DNA of 64,000 bases from Fimicolochytrium jonesii. Lineage: Eukaryota. The DNA is taken from NCBI RefSeq assembly GCF_025526975.1, contig NW_026515668.1, positions 1,922,001 to 1,986,000 on the forward strand, read 5' to 3'. A program made the translations under genes and the position numbers. The first letter of the stretch is position 1. Each line of letters opens with the position of its first letter. Positions 36,296 through 48,396 of the stretch are shown here, piece by piece. A model generated the notes under the pieces. The model had not been told where the DNA came from. It saw nothing but the letters and a program-made list of their open reading frames with translations, and made no database searches.

Positions 36296-37819
36296 GCTTG
36301 CCAACGCCACAAAGTTTTTGATGGAGCACACCTGATCCAAGCGCCGGGTGTCATACATATGGCGTATTTCCCCTCCGTTCCCACGTTTGACAATGTAGGA
36401 TGTCAGTGTCCGATCCAACAGCCGACAATACTGCGAAAGAACATGCTGATCCTCTGCAAACCCGATTGTGTGAAAATTGGGGCGCAACAGCCCCAGCCCA
36501 GAAGGTAGGCGAGGCATCTTCGATACATCCCAAGTACGCACTCCAACATTTGCTGTTGTCCGGGTAATCGATCACTTTCCCCGCTCATTTGGCGTGCCTC
36601 TCCCCTGATGCCAATTGAAATCATCAACGAGAACCACGGCGGATGTGTTTGGAAGCGCAAGTTGCGCGGACACGTCCCCTTTGTGAGCGGCAATGGCAGC
36701 CTGCGCTCGGACAGTGTTGGGTTGCGGGACAAGGGAGAGGCCAACCCTGGCGATCTTTGTCTGCTGATCGGTGCTGACGTTGGAAAGCTGGAGCTGGGTG
36801 GACATCCAGCGCTGGAGGTGATTCGCATGAAGGTGTTGGGTGCTAAAATCGAGCAGGATCGAGATGAACACTCTGCGGCGGATCCTATCGCGGTGTTTCT
36901 CACTCCACTTTGAGCTGCGCTTCAGAGGCACGTCCCCGACGACCGTGGTCATCTTCATGTCAAACAGCCCATCGCATGTGGTATTCATATGATCAATAAA
37001 CCGTTCCATGTTTCCGATAGGGAAAAGGAGCTGGCCGTGCTCATCCTCAAGTGGGTTCTCCATGAGCATCTGCAGCTTTGCTGCGTAGGTCCTCCCCTCA
37101 GGCCCTGGCGTCGTCGGTTCGTCAATCCTGTCATCCCCCTTGTCTTCATCTTCAACCTCATCCGTGAGTCCGAGGAAGAACAGCATCTCCAGTTTGTCCC
37201 ACGGCTTTGCGGATGAACCTTCGAGGACACCAGATGTTGTACGGGACTGGCTGCGGCGACCTTCAGCGTCAGGAGGGGCATTACCTCTAAACTTCCACTG
37301 AAGTGGGCGCATGAGTCGCTTGGGGAGGCGAATATCAACGTGAGACTGAGTACGCACAGTGGGAGGGGGCAGGTTGGCAGCATCGCCACTGGGGGGAGGA
37401 GTGCTGTCACCGCTGGGGGGAGGAGTGCCGTCACCGCTGGGGGGAGGAGTGCCGTCACTGCTGGGGGGAGGAGTGTCACCGCTGCGGGGAGAAGTGCCGT
37501 CACCGCTGGGGAGAGGAAGCGTGCTCCGCCAATCCGCTCTCACTTTCTTCATGCAGGACTTGCACCCGTACAACTGCACTGTGTCGGCAAGCTCGGGGGC
37601 CCGTAGATGGAAGTGTTGGGAAGTACGCAGCCAGGAACGCATTTCTTCATTCAAGAGAGTGAAGTGTTGGGCAACTCCCTTGGCACTGCTGGCCTTGCGG
37701 CGGAGGGGAGCTCTTGAACAGGGCTCATTTGATGTCTGATTCCATATATCGCAAAACACATGGGTTTCCCTGTCCTTTGCCACCGCCGCACGGAGCAACT
37801 GGTTCCGGGTCTGTGGCAT
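36296..37819 (-). pseudogene. Transposase, N-terminal part, one in-frame TGA at 36572-36574
   Basis: ORF 37819-36572 with Cys pairs and VVLVDDFN continues in frame to the LTR insertion site (…FVALAS|KDNPMKFDED). Confidence 0.75.
37382..37516. repeat. 24-bp coding minisatellite (PPPSGDGT x ~6) in the transposase
   Basis: Repeated GTCACCGCTGGGGGGAGGAGTGCC units. Confidence 0.9.
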
Positions 37820-38336
37820 CTAAAACTTGATGCCCAAGTCAATATGAGCGTGCCCGTTCTGAAATATAGAGGACACATTCTCCATACCCTTTGTGTCAAC
37901 GTGCTAGGAGGGCTTCTTCCACTTTCGCAGGGCGCCAAAGGTTTGCTAGTAGCACGTTGTTTGGGGGTTGGCGCTTTTCAGGAGTTCTGCTTAGTAAAGG
38001 TCAGCAATCCAAATACTTCCTGCCCTAAACAGACCAGCTAGCGTTGCTCCTCATACCTGGTTTAGATATCCCACAAAGGCTCAGGTCAGTTGGGTGTGTG
38101 TGGTTTCGCCATTCCCAAAAGCAATGTTGAAAAAGGAGCTGTGGAAAAAGCGTCGGCGGAGTTGTCGCGGCGCAACTGCGCGAACGTATGTGAGCGCTGA
38201 GTCAGAAGAGAAGGAAAGCGCGTTTCTTGTCAAAAGCTCAGCCCTGTCCCCTGTCTGCCTGTGCTGAGTGTGCCTGATCGTTCCCCAATTGTCCAAGTTG
38301 TCTTCCAAATTGTCAAACCCATTAGTTCGCATCTAT

Positions 38337-39326
38337 ATGGTCCACCTCACCATTTGCAACCCCAACAACACCAAGCTGGCAGTGGTGTATGTCGGCCGGG
38401 AGTCCACAGATTATGTCAAAAAGGGCGATGTCCTGACATACCTCTCCATCCTCACGGGCACGCCCCTTCCCGTCCTTACCGAGCATTACATCCTCCAAAA
38501 AGGCACAAAGCCGTCCGGCACGACAGCTGCCACCGGTGACTTACGTTCCGGTCACTATGTCATCTTCCCGAAATCTCCGAGCCATCCCCAACTTCAACCT
38601 GTCGGAGGACCATCTCCCACCCTTTTCCCACAGAAAAAGCCATCGTCGAAACCCCCGAGCCAAACCGACCTAACCACCACTGTTGGAGCTCTCTCGCTGG
38701 AAGACACAACCGGGGAGGATGAGTCCGACCCCACTCCGGAAGAGGTGCAACGATACGCCAGGTTCACGCTTTTTCTCGCCCTCTGGGACCGACGCTGTGT
38801 GGTGACAGGAAACGCATATCCCAACCTCTTGGTCGGCGCCCACATCATCCCCCACAGCTGGAAGCAACGTCAATACATCGGGCTTCCCCAAGAGATCACG
38901 GAGGTGCTCTCATTTGGTTACGAGGAGATGGGCGTGAACGATGTTTGCAACGGTGCCTTGATGGACTCGGCTGTCCACACTGCATTTGACTTGCAGTACT
39001 GGTCGGTCCTGTGGGAGGATACTACAAAGAAATGGCGCATAGTGGCGATGTCGAAGGAGGTCCCGGCTGGGTTGGTGGGCAAATACCTATTGACCCCGGA
39101 CCCAGGTGTGGCAGCCGACGGGGGGAGCTACGAGGACTTGTTCATCAACCCTGAATTCCTAGAGTATCACTTCAAAACGGCGGTACTAAGACGTATGAAA
39201 GGGGGAGGGGAAATAGACAACTTGGCGGACAAGTCTACGCGAGATGTAATCAAGGTTTGGTCGGATGACCAGACCTTTGCTAGATACGTCGCATCGGGCG
39301 GGGATTTGTCAGAAGCGGTGGACTGA
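38337..39326 (+). CDS. HNH_2 endonuclease protein, Crinkler-HNH-like, single exon
   Basis: RCVVTG...LVGAHIIP...NGALMDSAVHTAFD...LEYHFKTAVLRRMKGGGE; short N-terminal domain and S/P-rich linker. Confidence 0.82.
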   Translation: MVHLTICNPNNTKLAVVYVGRESTDYVKKGDVLTYLSILTGTPLPVLTEHYILQKGTKPSGTTAATGDLRSGHYVIFPKSPSHPQLQPVGGPSPTLFPQKKPSSKPPSQTDLTTTVGALSLEDTTGEDESDPTPEEVQRYARFTLFLALWDRRCVVTGNAYPNLLVGAHIIPHSWKQRQYIGLPQEITEVLSFGYEEMGVNDVCNGALMDSAVHTAFDLQYWSVLWEDTTKKWRIVAMSKEVPAGLVGKYLLTPDPGVAADGGSYEDLFINPEFLEYHFKTAVLRRMKGGGEIDNLADKSTRDVIKVWSDDQTFARYVASGGDLSEAVD

Positions 39327-39718
39327 GATGGAGAGTGTGATGGTGATTTACATAGCGTTTATGTAGCAATACGTGAAGGGCAGACGTGTATGTGCCGGTG
39401 ATTCACGGATCGAATTTCATTACCTTTCCTGTTTTCCCCATGCAATTGTATTGAGGATCCTGTATTGAATACTTTCTAGCTTACCGTTCCAAAGTACTGA
39501 AACAATTAGCAGGGTCATCAGGTATCAGTTGGTGCTGCTGCTCATCTGTTCCGGCGATCTCTCGCTGTTTCCCACGCTAACCTGTCCTAGATACGTTCAT
39601 CGTAACAGGCCATACGCACGCCAAACGGAACATAGGAGCATAGCAGCCGGACCGGACCTTCCTGGACAGTTTTTTCCCTGCAACCTGGCCCTCACTAGAG
39701 TGGTCGCAAGCCGAAACC

Positions 39719-42700
39719 ATGCCCACCCCCAACCCCCTCCCTCCCCCCGGCTACTGGCTGCAATCTCTCCCCGCCCACCCGGTCCTCCACCAATACCCTC
39801 CCTCCCCTTCCGAATTCTCCAGCCCAGATATCTCCCTCATCCCGCCCGGCGACGACGACGCGAGCAGCCTGCTGGATGTGTCGAGTATCAGCTTGCGCGA
39901 CCCGCCGCCCGCGCATCGTGCTGAACTGGCGAGGGCGAGACCGCCGTTGAGGTTGTTGGCTGTGCATGATGCGATTGCGTTTGTGTGCTTGAATTGTGTG
40001 CCGCCGAGATTGAGGGTGATGAATTTGAGGAAGTGGAAGGGCGCTTTCGATGAGGTGGAGGATGATTTGGAGGCGGCGGTGGAGATGGCAGAGTTTAAGG
40101 TGGGTTCCGAGCGTTGGTTCGGTCGGGGAGACCGCGGGTCGACCAGGGCGAACTCCTTCGCGAGCGGAGCGAGCCACTTTTCGCCAAGGGCGCAATACTC
40201 CCCTCACCCACGTGTTTGTTGATGGTTGATGGTTGATGGTTGACGGGTTGATGGTGGATGGTTGACGGGTTGATGGTGGATGGTGGATCGATGAAGGTTG
40301 GGATGGATGAAGTTTGAATGAGTTGATGGGTTGATGGGGGGTTAATGGTTGATGGCATCGCGCAATCTCCATTTCCACTCGCTGAAGGATTCCATGTTTA
40401 CAGGAACTCAGCCTACCCGACATCAACTTCCGCGTAAAACACATCGAACTCAACTCCAGCGGCCGTTGCCTTGCGCTCGTCGGGGAATACAGCGTAGCAA
40501 TTGTCGCTGTTCCGCGGATGATGTGGACCGAGGCGAAGCGTGAGGCGCTGGAGCCTGCGTACTGGCTGCTTGAGGATGTGCACAGCTTGGCCATTGCGAA
40601 AGTCCTGTGGCACCCTCTGAGCGAGAAGCATGTCCATTTGGTCGTGCTTTATGTGGACGGGACGCTGGGGTATGTTGTGGTTCTGCTTGTTCATTGCCGA
40701 CGGGCAAACTGTTTGATCTCGGAGTTGGGTCTGACCGAGATCCATTAGGATTCACAATGTGAGCGCAGGGGCTTCAACCCTGGAGCATTCGTACCATTTG
40801 TTCGGGACTGAACATAACCTCCTGCCGTCGCGAGCCAACCAAGCCGGCTTGTTTGGCTCAGACCTGGACGAGGAGACATTCGTGTCCTTCTCATTCGGGC
40901 GAAACGACGGGAAGTGGGGCTCAATGACAGTCTATACCTTGACGAAAAGCGGGGACGTCTACTCGATATGCCCGATCATCCCAAATTCGAGTTTGCTAGT
41001 TCCCGAACGGTTAGCGGAGCTTAGAGCCGATGACAGCGCACTGCAAGAGGAGCAAGCCCTGCTAGGCCAGTACTCACAAACCCAAGCCTACTGGCGGGGC
41101 AGCCTCATCGACGAGCTGATTTCCGACGTCAAACAAAAAGCCGAGCTGCGCGCGCTGTCAGGGGAACCCACCGCCGTGAAACTTCCCAGAACGGCAACGC
41201 AGATGACTCCCAAGGCTCGCGGTCCGTTCCTCTTCCGACCTGCATCCAACGTCAGCACGGATTTCAAGGCCGCCAATGATATCGTGTGCCTGCAGAAGGG
41301 ACCGCTTGATGTACTGGTGCTGGCGTTTGAGTCCGGGATGCTGAAAGTGTGCCTGGATGTGGATGGGTCACAGCCTCTGTGGCATATAGCTGCCCCGGTA
41401 AGGATCTCGAACGTTGCTGCCCCACCCCTCTCCAAGATACTTACCCCTCATTTCACTAGCCAACGGAGGAAGAAGCAGCGTTACCAGTCTGCATGTCTCT
41501 GGAAGACATCGACCTGGGCCTGCCCGCCACCCCACGTCAATCGGACGCTGATCATTTCTCAGGCCTCGCTACAGACCCGCGGTACCCAGAGATTGTGTAC
41601 TCATACCACGCGTCAGGGGTGCACGCCATCAACGTCGACCCATTGATTGACGGCCTGCAACAACTTGCGACTGGAAGCGCGAATGAAGCGGTACGCGCGC
41701 GGTTGAAGGATGAGCTGGGCGCACCGAGACAGAGCGAGATCAATTTGGTGGTTAGCACGAGGGGGCGGATTGCAGGGTAACCTATTTATCTTGAACCATG
41801 CATCCATTATGTTTCCTTCATTGAAACTCATCCGCCCTTTCCCAAATACATACAGAGACGCACCCGTCGCCGGCTTTTCTATCATCACCTCAACCTTTCT
41901 CGGCTACAGCTACATCCTCCTCACCTCCACCCCCCGTCTCTACGGCGACGTGCTCCCGCCCCGCATCAAAGCCGCCCCGTCAACATTCAAAGAAAAGAAA
42001 GCGGGGGGTTACAAGCCCGCCATCGAGCAGCGGTTGTTCCAGGAACCGGATATCATGCGCCAGCCGCCGCCGGCGTTGGAGGCGAAGCCCGGGTTGAAGG
42101 GGAATGTCCCGCTGTCGTCGTGTGCGCATGTACCGACGCTGTGGGCGTTCTTTGAACATATTAAGGCGAGGAAGGAAGATTTGTTAGCGAGGCATTATGC
42201 GGTGCTGGATCTTGAGAAACGGTATGTCGTGTTTTGGTGTGTGAGGAACTGGAGTGTATACGCTTGCACTGTACGACCTGAACGCTCACACCTTATGGCC
42301 CCCCACGCACAGAATAAAACACCAACAAGTCGAAGTCCGCCAACAAGCCGGCCTTCTCAACCTCTGGACCTCCACACTCGGCTCCCGCACCGCGACCGTC
42401 ATCGCCGAGACCGAAACCAAGCTCGCGCGCCTGCAAGCCAAAGACTACTTCTACCGCAAGAAACTCGGGCTGATCTTGCAGATACTGATGGACGAAACGC
42501 AGCCGCTGACGGAGGCGGAAAGGAGATGGATTGAGGAGTTGGAGGCGTTGAGGGGGCGGTTTGAGGAGGGGTTTAGGCCTTTGAGTGAGAAGGTTTGTTT
42601 TTGTTCCGTTCTTCTTCTGTTCGGGTGTCTAATCCCTTGAGCGAAAAACTCACATGTTCTCCTCCCAGTTAACGAAACAAGTTAAAGCCCTCCAAGACCA

Positions 42701-43011
42701 ACAACGTAAACTCCCCCACACCCCGTCAAAAAAGTCTCAACCCGCGTCTACCCCCATCACCGCAACCGAGCTCGGCGACTCCCAACGCCGTCGCATAGAA
42801 GCCGCGCTAAAACAAGAGTACGTCCCCATTCCCCAATCTCCTTCCAAAAAGTATCCCTCACTAACACACTCCACATAGATACAACCTCCTCGTCCTAGCA
42901 ACCCAAAAAGCGGCGCGGGTAAAGGAGATGGTCCGGCTTGCTGAGGAGGAAGTCAAGTATATTGCGAGGACGCAGGCGAAATCGGGGAGGGGGGGATCAG
43001 CAGCTACTTAG
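39719..43011 (+). CDS. NUP82: Nucleoporin Nup82/Nup88, multi-exon
   Basis: LNSSGRCLALVG, KVLWHPLS...LVVL, FVSFSFG...WGSMTVYTLTKSGDVYSICPIIP; C-terminal coiled coil; stop 43009-43011. Confidence 0.82.
40217..40355. repeat. Degenerate (GGTTGAT)n microsatellite in NUP82 intron 1
   Basis: Repeated GTTGATG/GGTGGATG units. Confidence 0.8.
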
Positions 43012-43621
43012 GCATGCGGAGGATGCGGCGGCGACGTGATGTGCGTCTGGGCAGTGAGGATATCATACCCCGTAGGCAGGCGGTGCTGCACCTACATACA
43101 CGTTGCGCGCGTGCCGCTTAGTCGGATCCCTTTCACCATGCGGTGCCCGCGAACTTCCTCGTCGCCTTGAATAGAATAGGGCCACTATCAATCTCACCAG
43201 TTCGGCGTGCGCATGATTTTTGTTGCAGTCTTATGTGTATGTATCTCGTCTATGTATGTACAAAGTGTATCTAGGATTGCCGATATACATGGAGAACACG
43301 TTGGGTGCGGGATGGAATCGTTAGAGTGCCAGAATGGTCTGTCACGGTTCTTCTACCGTTCGTATGCCGCAGACAGATTTCTGCGAGACTTCTTAGTTTA
43401 TCGGATTTTGGCCGTCCGTCCCTCTCTGACCGCCCTTCTTCCAGCAAAAACCCTCCCATCCCTCAACTCCTCATCTCGCATCCCTGCTATGTATATGTAT
43501 ACAAGCCCCCAACCCCCACAGGCAGCAGGTACCCCATCCCACCACCCTCGCCTCCACTCAAACCCTCCACTCAAACCCCCCTTCGCGACTCGCACCCTTC
43601 CCAAGAACACAACATATCTCG

Positions 43622-45272
43622 CTAATAAACCAAAAAGTCCTTCCGCCCGCCACACATCCGCTCGGCCAGCGCCTTGCCCGCCATCGTCGGCTGCGAGAAC
43701 GCCATGTCGTCGGTGGGGGAGAGTGTGTATCCAAAGACGAAGCGTGTGCTGTGGGCCATAATTTCTATTCGTTAGTTGGAGGTCAAACAAACAAAGAATA
43801 GATGAAAAAGAGCACGGGGAAGGGGGAAACTTACCGAACAACATCCAACATCCTCCCCGCAACCCCCTTCCTCCGCTCGCTCTTGAGTACCCAGATCCGG
43901 CTGATACCACAGGAGGCCGGTACAGGACACGTACTATCATATACCCAAACAATGTAAGCAAAAACCAGAGATGGGAACCTTGCATGGTCTTTGAAAGAAA
44001 GTCACCGCACCTCCGAAACGCAACACTTCCATTCTTGACCAGCTCCTCCCGAGGTGGATCGTTGTTCTCTGGCTGGATATCGGTGGCGGTGTCAGAGACG
44101 ACGACTCGGTATGCAGTGGTGATGCGCTCGACGAGGACGCAGCCTGCGACGCGGCGGGAGGGGGTTATGTAGAGGAAGATCTTGCTCCCCTCGTCGACCT
44201 CCGCAGGCGCAGCGGCGCCCAGCTCCGTATTGACCAAGATGACAACACTCAGTGCCTTCTTCCACACCTTAACCCCACACCCCTCCCTCTCGACACACAC
44301 CACCTTCGCGCCATCCGCAAACTCCCTTACAACACGTTCTCCTGCGGATGCGGATGACGAGGAGGAAGCCGGTCCCCACATGACGCCCTCGACCGCCGCG
44401 GCGTGGTACCGCGCGTGCGTGGCGACGTCGTCGGGGCGCGAGCGGGCGTAGGACATGTTGCAGGTCGGGCAGGCGGTGAGGGATTTTTGGCCGAGGTCGA
44501 GGTGGAGTTGGGCGTAGGTGGTGGGTGGGGTTGTCGATGGGGGTAGGGTTGTGGGTGGGGACGTCGATGAGAGGAGTGGTGGTTTCTTCGACGATGGGGT
44601 ATGCCAGTGTGGACGTGGTGATGTAGATGTGAGTGTTGGCGAGGAGAGGGATTGTTCGAGCGAGCGCTTGGTGGGAACGGTCGCACTGCCTTGAGAAGCT
44701 TGCGCTGAGGCGGCTGATTCTACGAACTTCGGCGCGGCGCCCTTCCCTCCCGCAGTGGATGCAGATGTTGTGGCCTTCTTCCCGCTCTCGTTTGCTGCGG
44801 GCTGAAAGAAATGCATGATGGTCAACGGCCTACCGCCATGCGTCTTCGCCCGTTTCCTACACGACGATGCTTCATTAGCACCAGCGGTCACAGTTTCTTC
44901 CAGTTTCCCGTCTTCAGATCCCTCAATACAGCCGGACAAGCAAGCCACTCACTTTGCCAACGTCCGTTCACACTCCTCCTTTGGCTCCTTCTGCTTCATC
45001 TCCCCCCCCTTGACTGCTTCAGAATTCGAACCCGCGTTCACGTTGATGTTAATCGCGCCCATATTCTCCTGCTCCTGCCGCCGAACCGGCTGCTGCGATC
45101 TCGCGTCGGCATCTGATTTCTGCGACGTATGTGGCGTCTGCCGATCCGTGGCCGCTGAGGCAGCCCTGCGACTCGTGTATGTGACTTTTACGTTCGGTCG
45201 GCGTGTTGGGAATGAGCTGAGATACCGCGAAACGAAGAGAATATTGCTCAGCTTACGGTATGAAGAAGCCAT
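43622..45272 (-). CDS. ECO1: Cohesion acetyltransferase Eco1/ESCO (start uncertain)
   Basis: QLHLDLGQK..CPTCNMSY...HARYH zinc finger; GCVLVERI; CGISRIWV...RRKGVA; AFSQPT..GK; FLVY*. Confidence 0.9.
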
Positions 45273-45626
45273 GGACGTCGGTGACCCTGCGAGGGATATC
45301 ACACCTCCCTCGCCGTTCTCCCTTCTACCTCACCTGGTGTCGGGCGGCCGCTGGTCGGTTAGAAGTGAGCGAAGCATTGCTGGTGTTGCATTGGCGATGG
45401 CCGTTGGCGGTAGTGCGATTGGTGGGGACTGTGCCGAGCGTCTTGACGTCCCATGTCCTGAGGGGAACGAGGCGGTCGGACAACTTCCGGACAAAACACA
45501 AGAGGCCCCCATCGCACACTTCGACCACAGTCCATTCGCACAACCCAGTAACAACGGACTCCATCAGCACAGCAGACGGGCCCACAAACATAGACAGTCA
45601 CCTCCACCAGGAACGCTTCCACCAGA

Positions 45627-46928
45627 ATGCCGGCCTTCCCCACCAACGAAACCATCGCCACAACCGGCCTCAACGAGGACGACACCATCCGCTCAACAAA
45701 CGACGACGCTTCCATCTCTCGGCTGTAAGTTGAGCGGCAGCGGAAAAAGGAAGTGCTTCTGTCTTCACTGGACTTACGCCGACTGAAATCGTTCCAGCGC
45801 GGCGGTCAATCTCGGCTACCTTCCCGACCCCTACGCAAAGCACTTCGTCCGGCGGGCTCAAAAGCGGCCCCCCGTCATTAACAGAGGTAAATCAAAAAAT
45901 ACCTCTGCACATATTTGCCGCCTACTCCTTACTCATACTCACCGCTAGGAATGCAGGAACATTTGCACGGTCAAAGGCGCTGGAGACACTCATAGATCAT
46001 TTCTTGGCGAGCGGGGACGGAAACCCGCAGGGGAAACAGATCGTTAGTTTGGGAGCTGGATCGGATACGAGATATTTTCTCTTGAAGGTGCGTTGAATGC
46101 GGGATCTTGCAGTGCGACGTAAATATCAAACAGGGTGGGCGTGCTGATACCTCGTTGTCTTTTTTCCTAGTCAGCAGGCCGGCAACCTCGAAAGTATTTC
46201 GAGATTGACTTCCCAGAGATCGTCTCAAAGAAAGGGCAGACGATCGCCAAAAACCCGCCGTTGACAAAGCTCGTAGGGCCGTTCAAGATCGGTAAGTGTG
46301 TCACCGCTTCATATTCCTCCCTACCCACATTCCTCATATCATATTCCCTTCGATGCAAGAGCGCGGCGGCCTAGAACTCCACGGATTGGACTACCACCTC
46401 ATCTCCGGCGACCTCCGCACCTTCTCCGACCAGCTCATCCCCCGCCTCAACTCGCTCGGCCTCGATTCCACTCTTCCAACCCTCTTCCTATGCGAATGCG
46501 TGCTGATATACCTCCAACCGGCGCTCTCACGGACAATCCTAAGCGCTACATCCACGCTGGTCCGTGAAGGCGGCGGCGGCGGCGTGTTTGTAGTGTACGA
46601 GCAAATCCACCCCGACGATGCATTCGGCCGCGTGATGGCGCAAAACCTGCGGTTGCGGGGGATTGATTTGTTGGGATGGAGCGAATGGCCGGATCTGGAG
46701 GCGCAGAAGCGAAGGTTCAAGGAGTGTGGGTGGGATGCGGGTCGGGCGGTGGATATGAATATGTTTTGGGAGAGTTTGGACCTGGAGGAGAGGGAGAGGA
46801 TAGCGAAGTTGGAGATTTTTGATGAGGTGGAGGAGTGGCAGCTTCTGTCGGACCATTATTGCGTTTCATGGGCGGTAATACCGGGGACGGGGGATAAGCT
46901 TGATGGGATTGGGCTTTGTCGGAGCTAA
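45627..46928 (+). CDS. PPM1: Leucine carboxyl methyltransferase 1
   Basis: IRSTNDDAS, PVINRGTFAR, QIVSLGAGSDTRYF, YFEIDFP, LFLCECVLIY, YEQIHPDDAFG, FDEVEEW. Confidence 0.93.
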
Positions 46929-48206
46929 CATCATGGTGGTTGATGGGAAGTAGGCAGCGTCTATAGAGTTTGACTGATGCGGGTCTATAGCATGCTTTTC
47001 CAACCACAGTTTCGCTTGCTCAGGGTGCGCGAAAATTTGGCGGAACTTGCAATGGACGCAATGGCACCTGGAAGGAGCGTAACCATCTGGAGGCCGGTTA
47101 CGGATGCCGACTCCTTCGCAGGAACGTGTGACTGTTCCGAAGTGATTTCCGCATTCCAGCGCCGACAACATTGCCTTCAGGACGTTTGGGCCTGAGTGCT
47201 CTCGTCAGATTTGCTCCGGCGACCGACGATTTTTGAGTGTCGCCATCTTCTATTTTCAATAGGTGACAAAAACGACCGCCTTGCATTCACGCAGAAGACG
47301 GCCGAGCCGTCTTTCCCCAAGTCGTCGAAACTCTCGATCATGATTGTTAGCAAATCACGCCGGAAATGGCTTTCTCCTTGCAGTCCGAAACTCCGCCAGA
47401 GACCTTCCCGATTCGACGAGGGAAACCCTACAGCAGAAAACCGACGTACAGTACACCGGCACCCTACAGCGCAAACCAGCCATCGATCTTCTCTCGACAC
47501 AAATGTATCACCCGACAGGTGCAAAAGATGCGGAATGCGCCTTTCCCCCACATTCTCCGAAAAGAATAGCGAGGGCTCGGCCTACGCAATCTTGCGTTTA
47601 AGGGTGGCTAGCATCTTTACTCCGGGAACGCGTGCCATACAACGGGAGAGCTGTAGAAATGCCACGAACTTTAATGGAGGATTGATAATTGTTCTACTGA
47701 TGAGGGAAACCAGAGGGGGTGAAGGGGAGCGCACGGCTTTTATACCCGAGAAGAAAATGGTGTGGCCGCCATCCGGACATCAGAACGCCACACGGTCACA
47801 TGACCCCTGCGCCACACCCCCCCGCATATTACACGGGGATATTCATAAGATGCTATTGCCGACACTGAGCAATGCGGATGGCCTCCAGGCTGCAGGGAGG
47901 TTCCGTGTTCTCCTGTCCCGGGCCTTCTTGCGTCACTCTCCCTCATCTACCCCGTACCGTGACATGGCGTCACATACTGTACCATCGAACGGCGAGGAAC
48001 CACGTGCAGACGCGTCTTTGCAATATAAATAGAATAAAATCCCAATAAGCGGAGTTAACGCGCTGTCGCTTTTCGCTGTCAGTCCGCCGCTATCAGCCGC
48101 TATCTATATTACCTCCACCCACCCCCCGCTTTTCCCCCACATTTGCTTGGGGGCAGAATGCAGGCTGGCATATAAATAGAGGGGTGCTCAAGCGTTCCTC
48201 CTCTGC

Positions 48207-48271
48207 CAACCACAACAACAACGCCTTCCGCAACAACAACAACAACAACAACCACAACAACAACAACAATA
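48207..48271. repeat. (CAA)n microsatellite downstream of a TATA box (48171)
   Basis: CAACAACAA tracts. Confidence 0.85.
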
Positions 48272-48396
48272 ACTTTTTTTAAACACCCCTCTAAGGTTGG
48301 GACCTGCCTGTTTGGCCGCCCTCTTGATTAGCGGAGGTGCAGAGGTAAACTTACCGAAGAGCTGCACTGCTTGATAGATACCTTCTCTTGTGAGTA

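Larger units (their letters stand above)
21153..38201 (-). mobile_element. DDE DNA transposon (~3.5 kb once the nested LTR elements are removed), 18-bp TIRs, 8-bp TSD TCAGAAGA
   Basis: TIR CT(G/C)AGCGCTCACATACGT at 21153-21170 and inverted at 38184-38201; TCAGAAGA at 21145-21152 and 38202-38209. Confidence 0.8.

Noticed and set aside
38337..39326. HNH gene as cargo of the DNA transposon
   Set aside because: It lies outside the right TIR and TSD (38201-38209).
47196..48032. 278-aa ORF
   Set aside because: Non-ATG start, no recognisable domain or coding-like composition.
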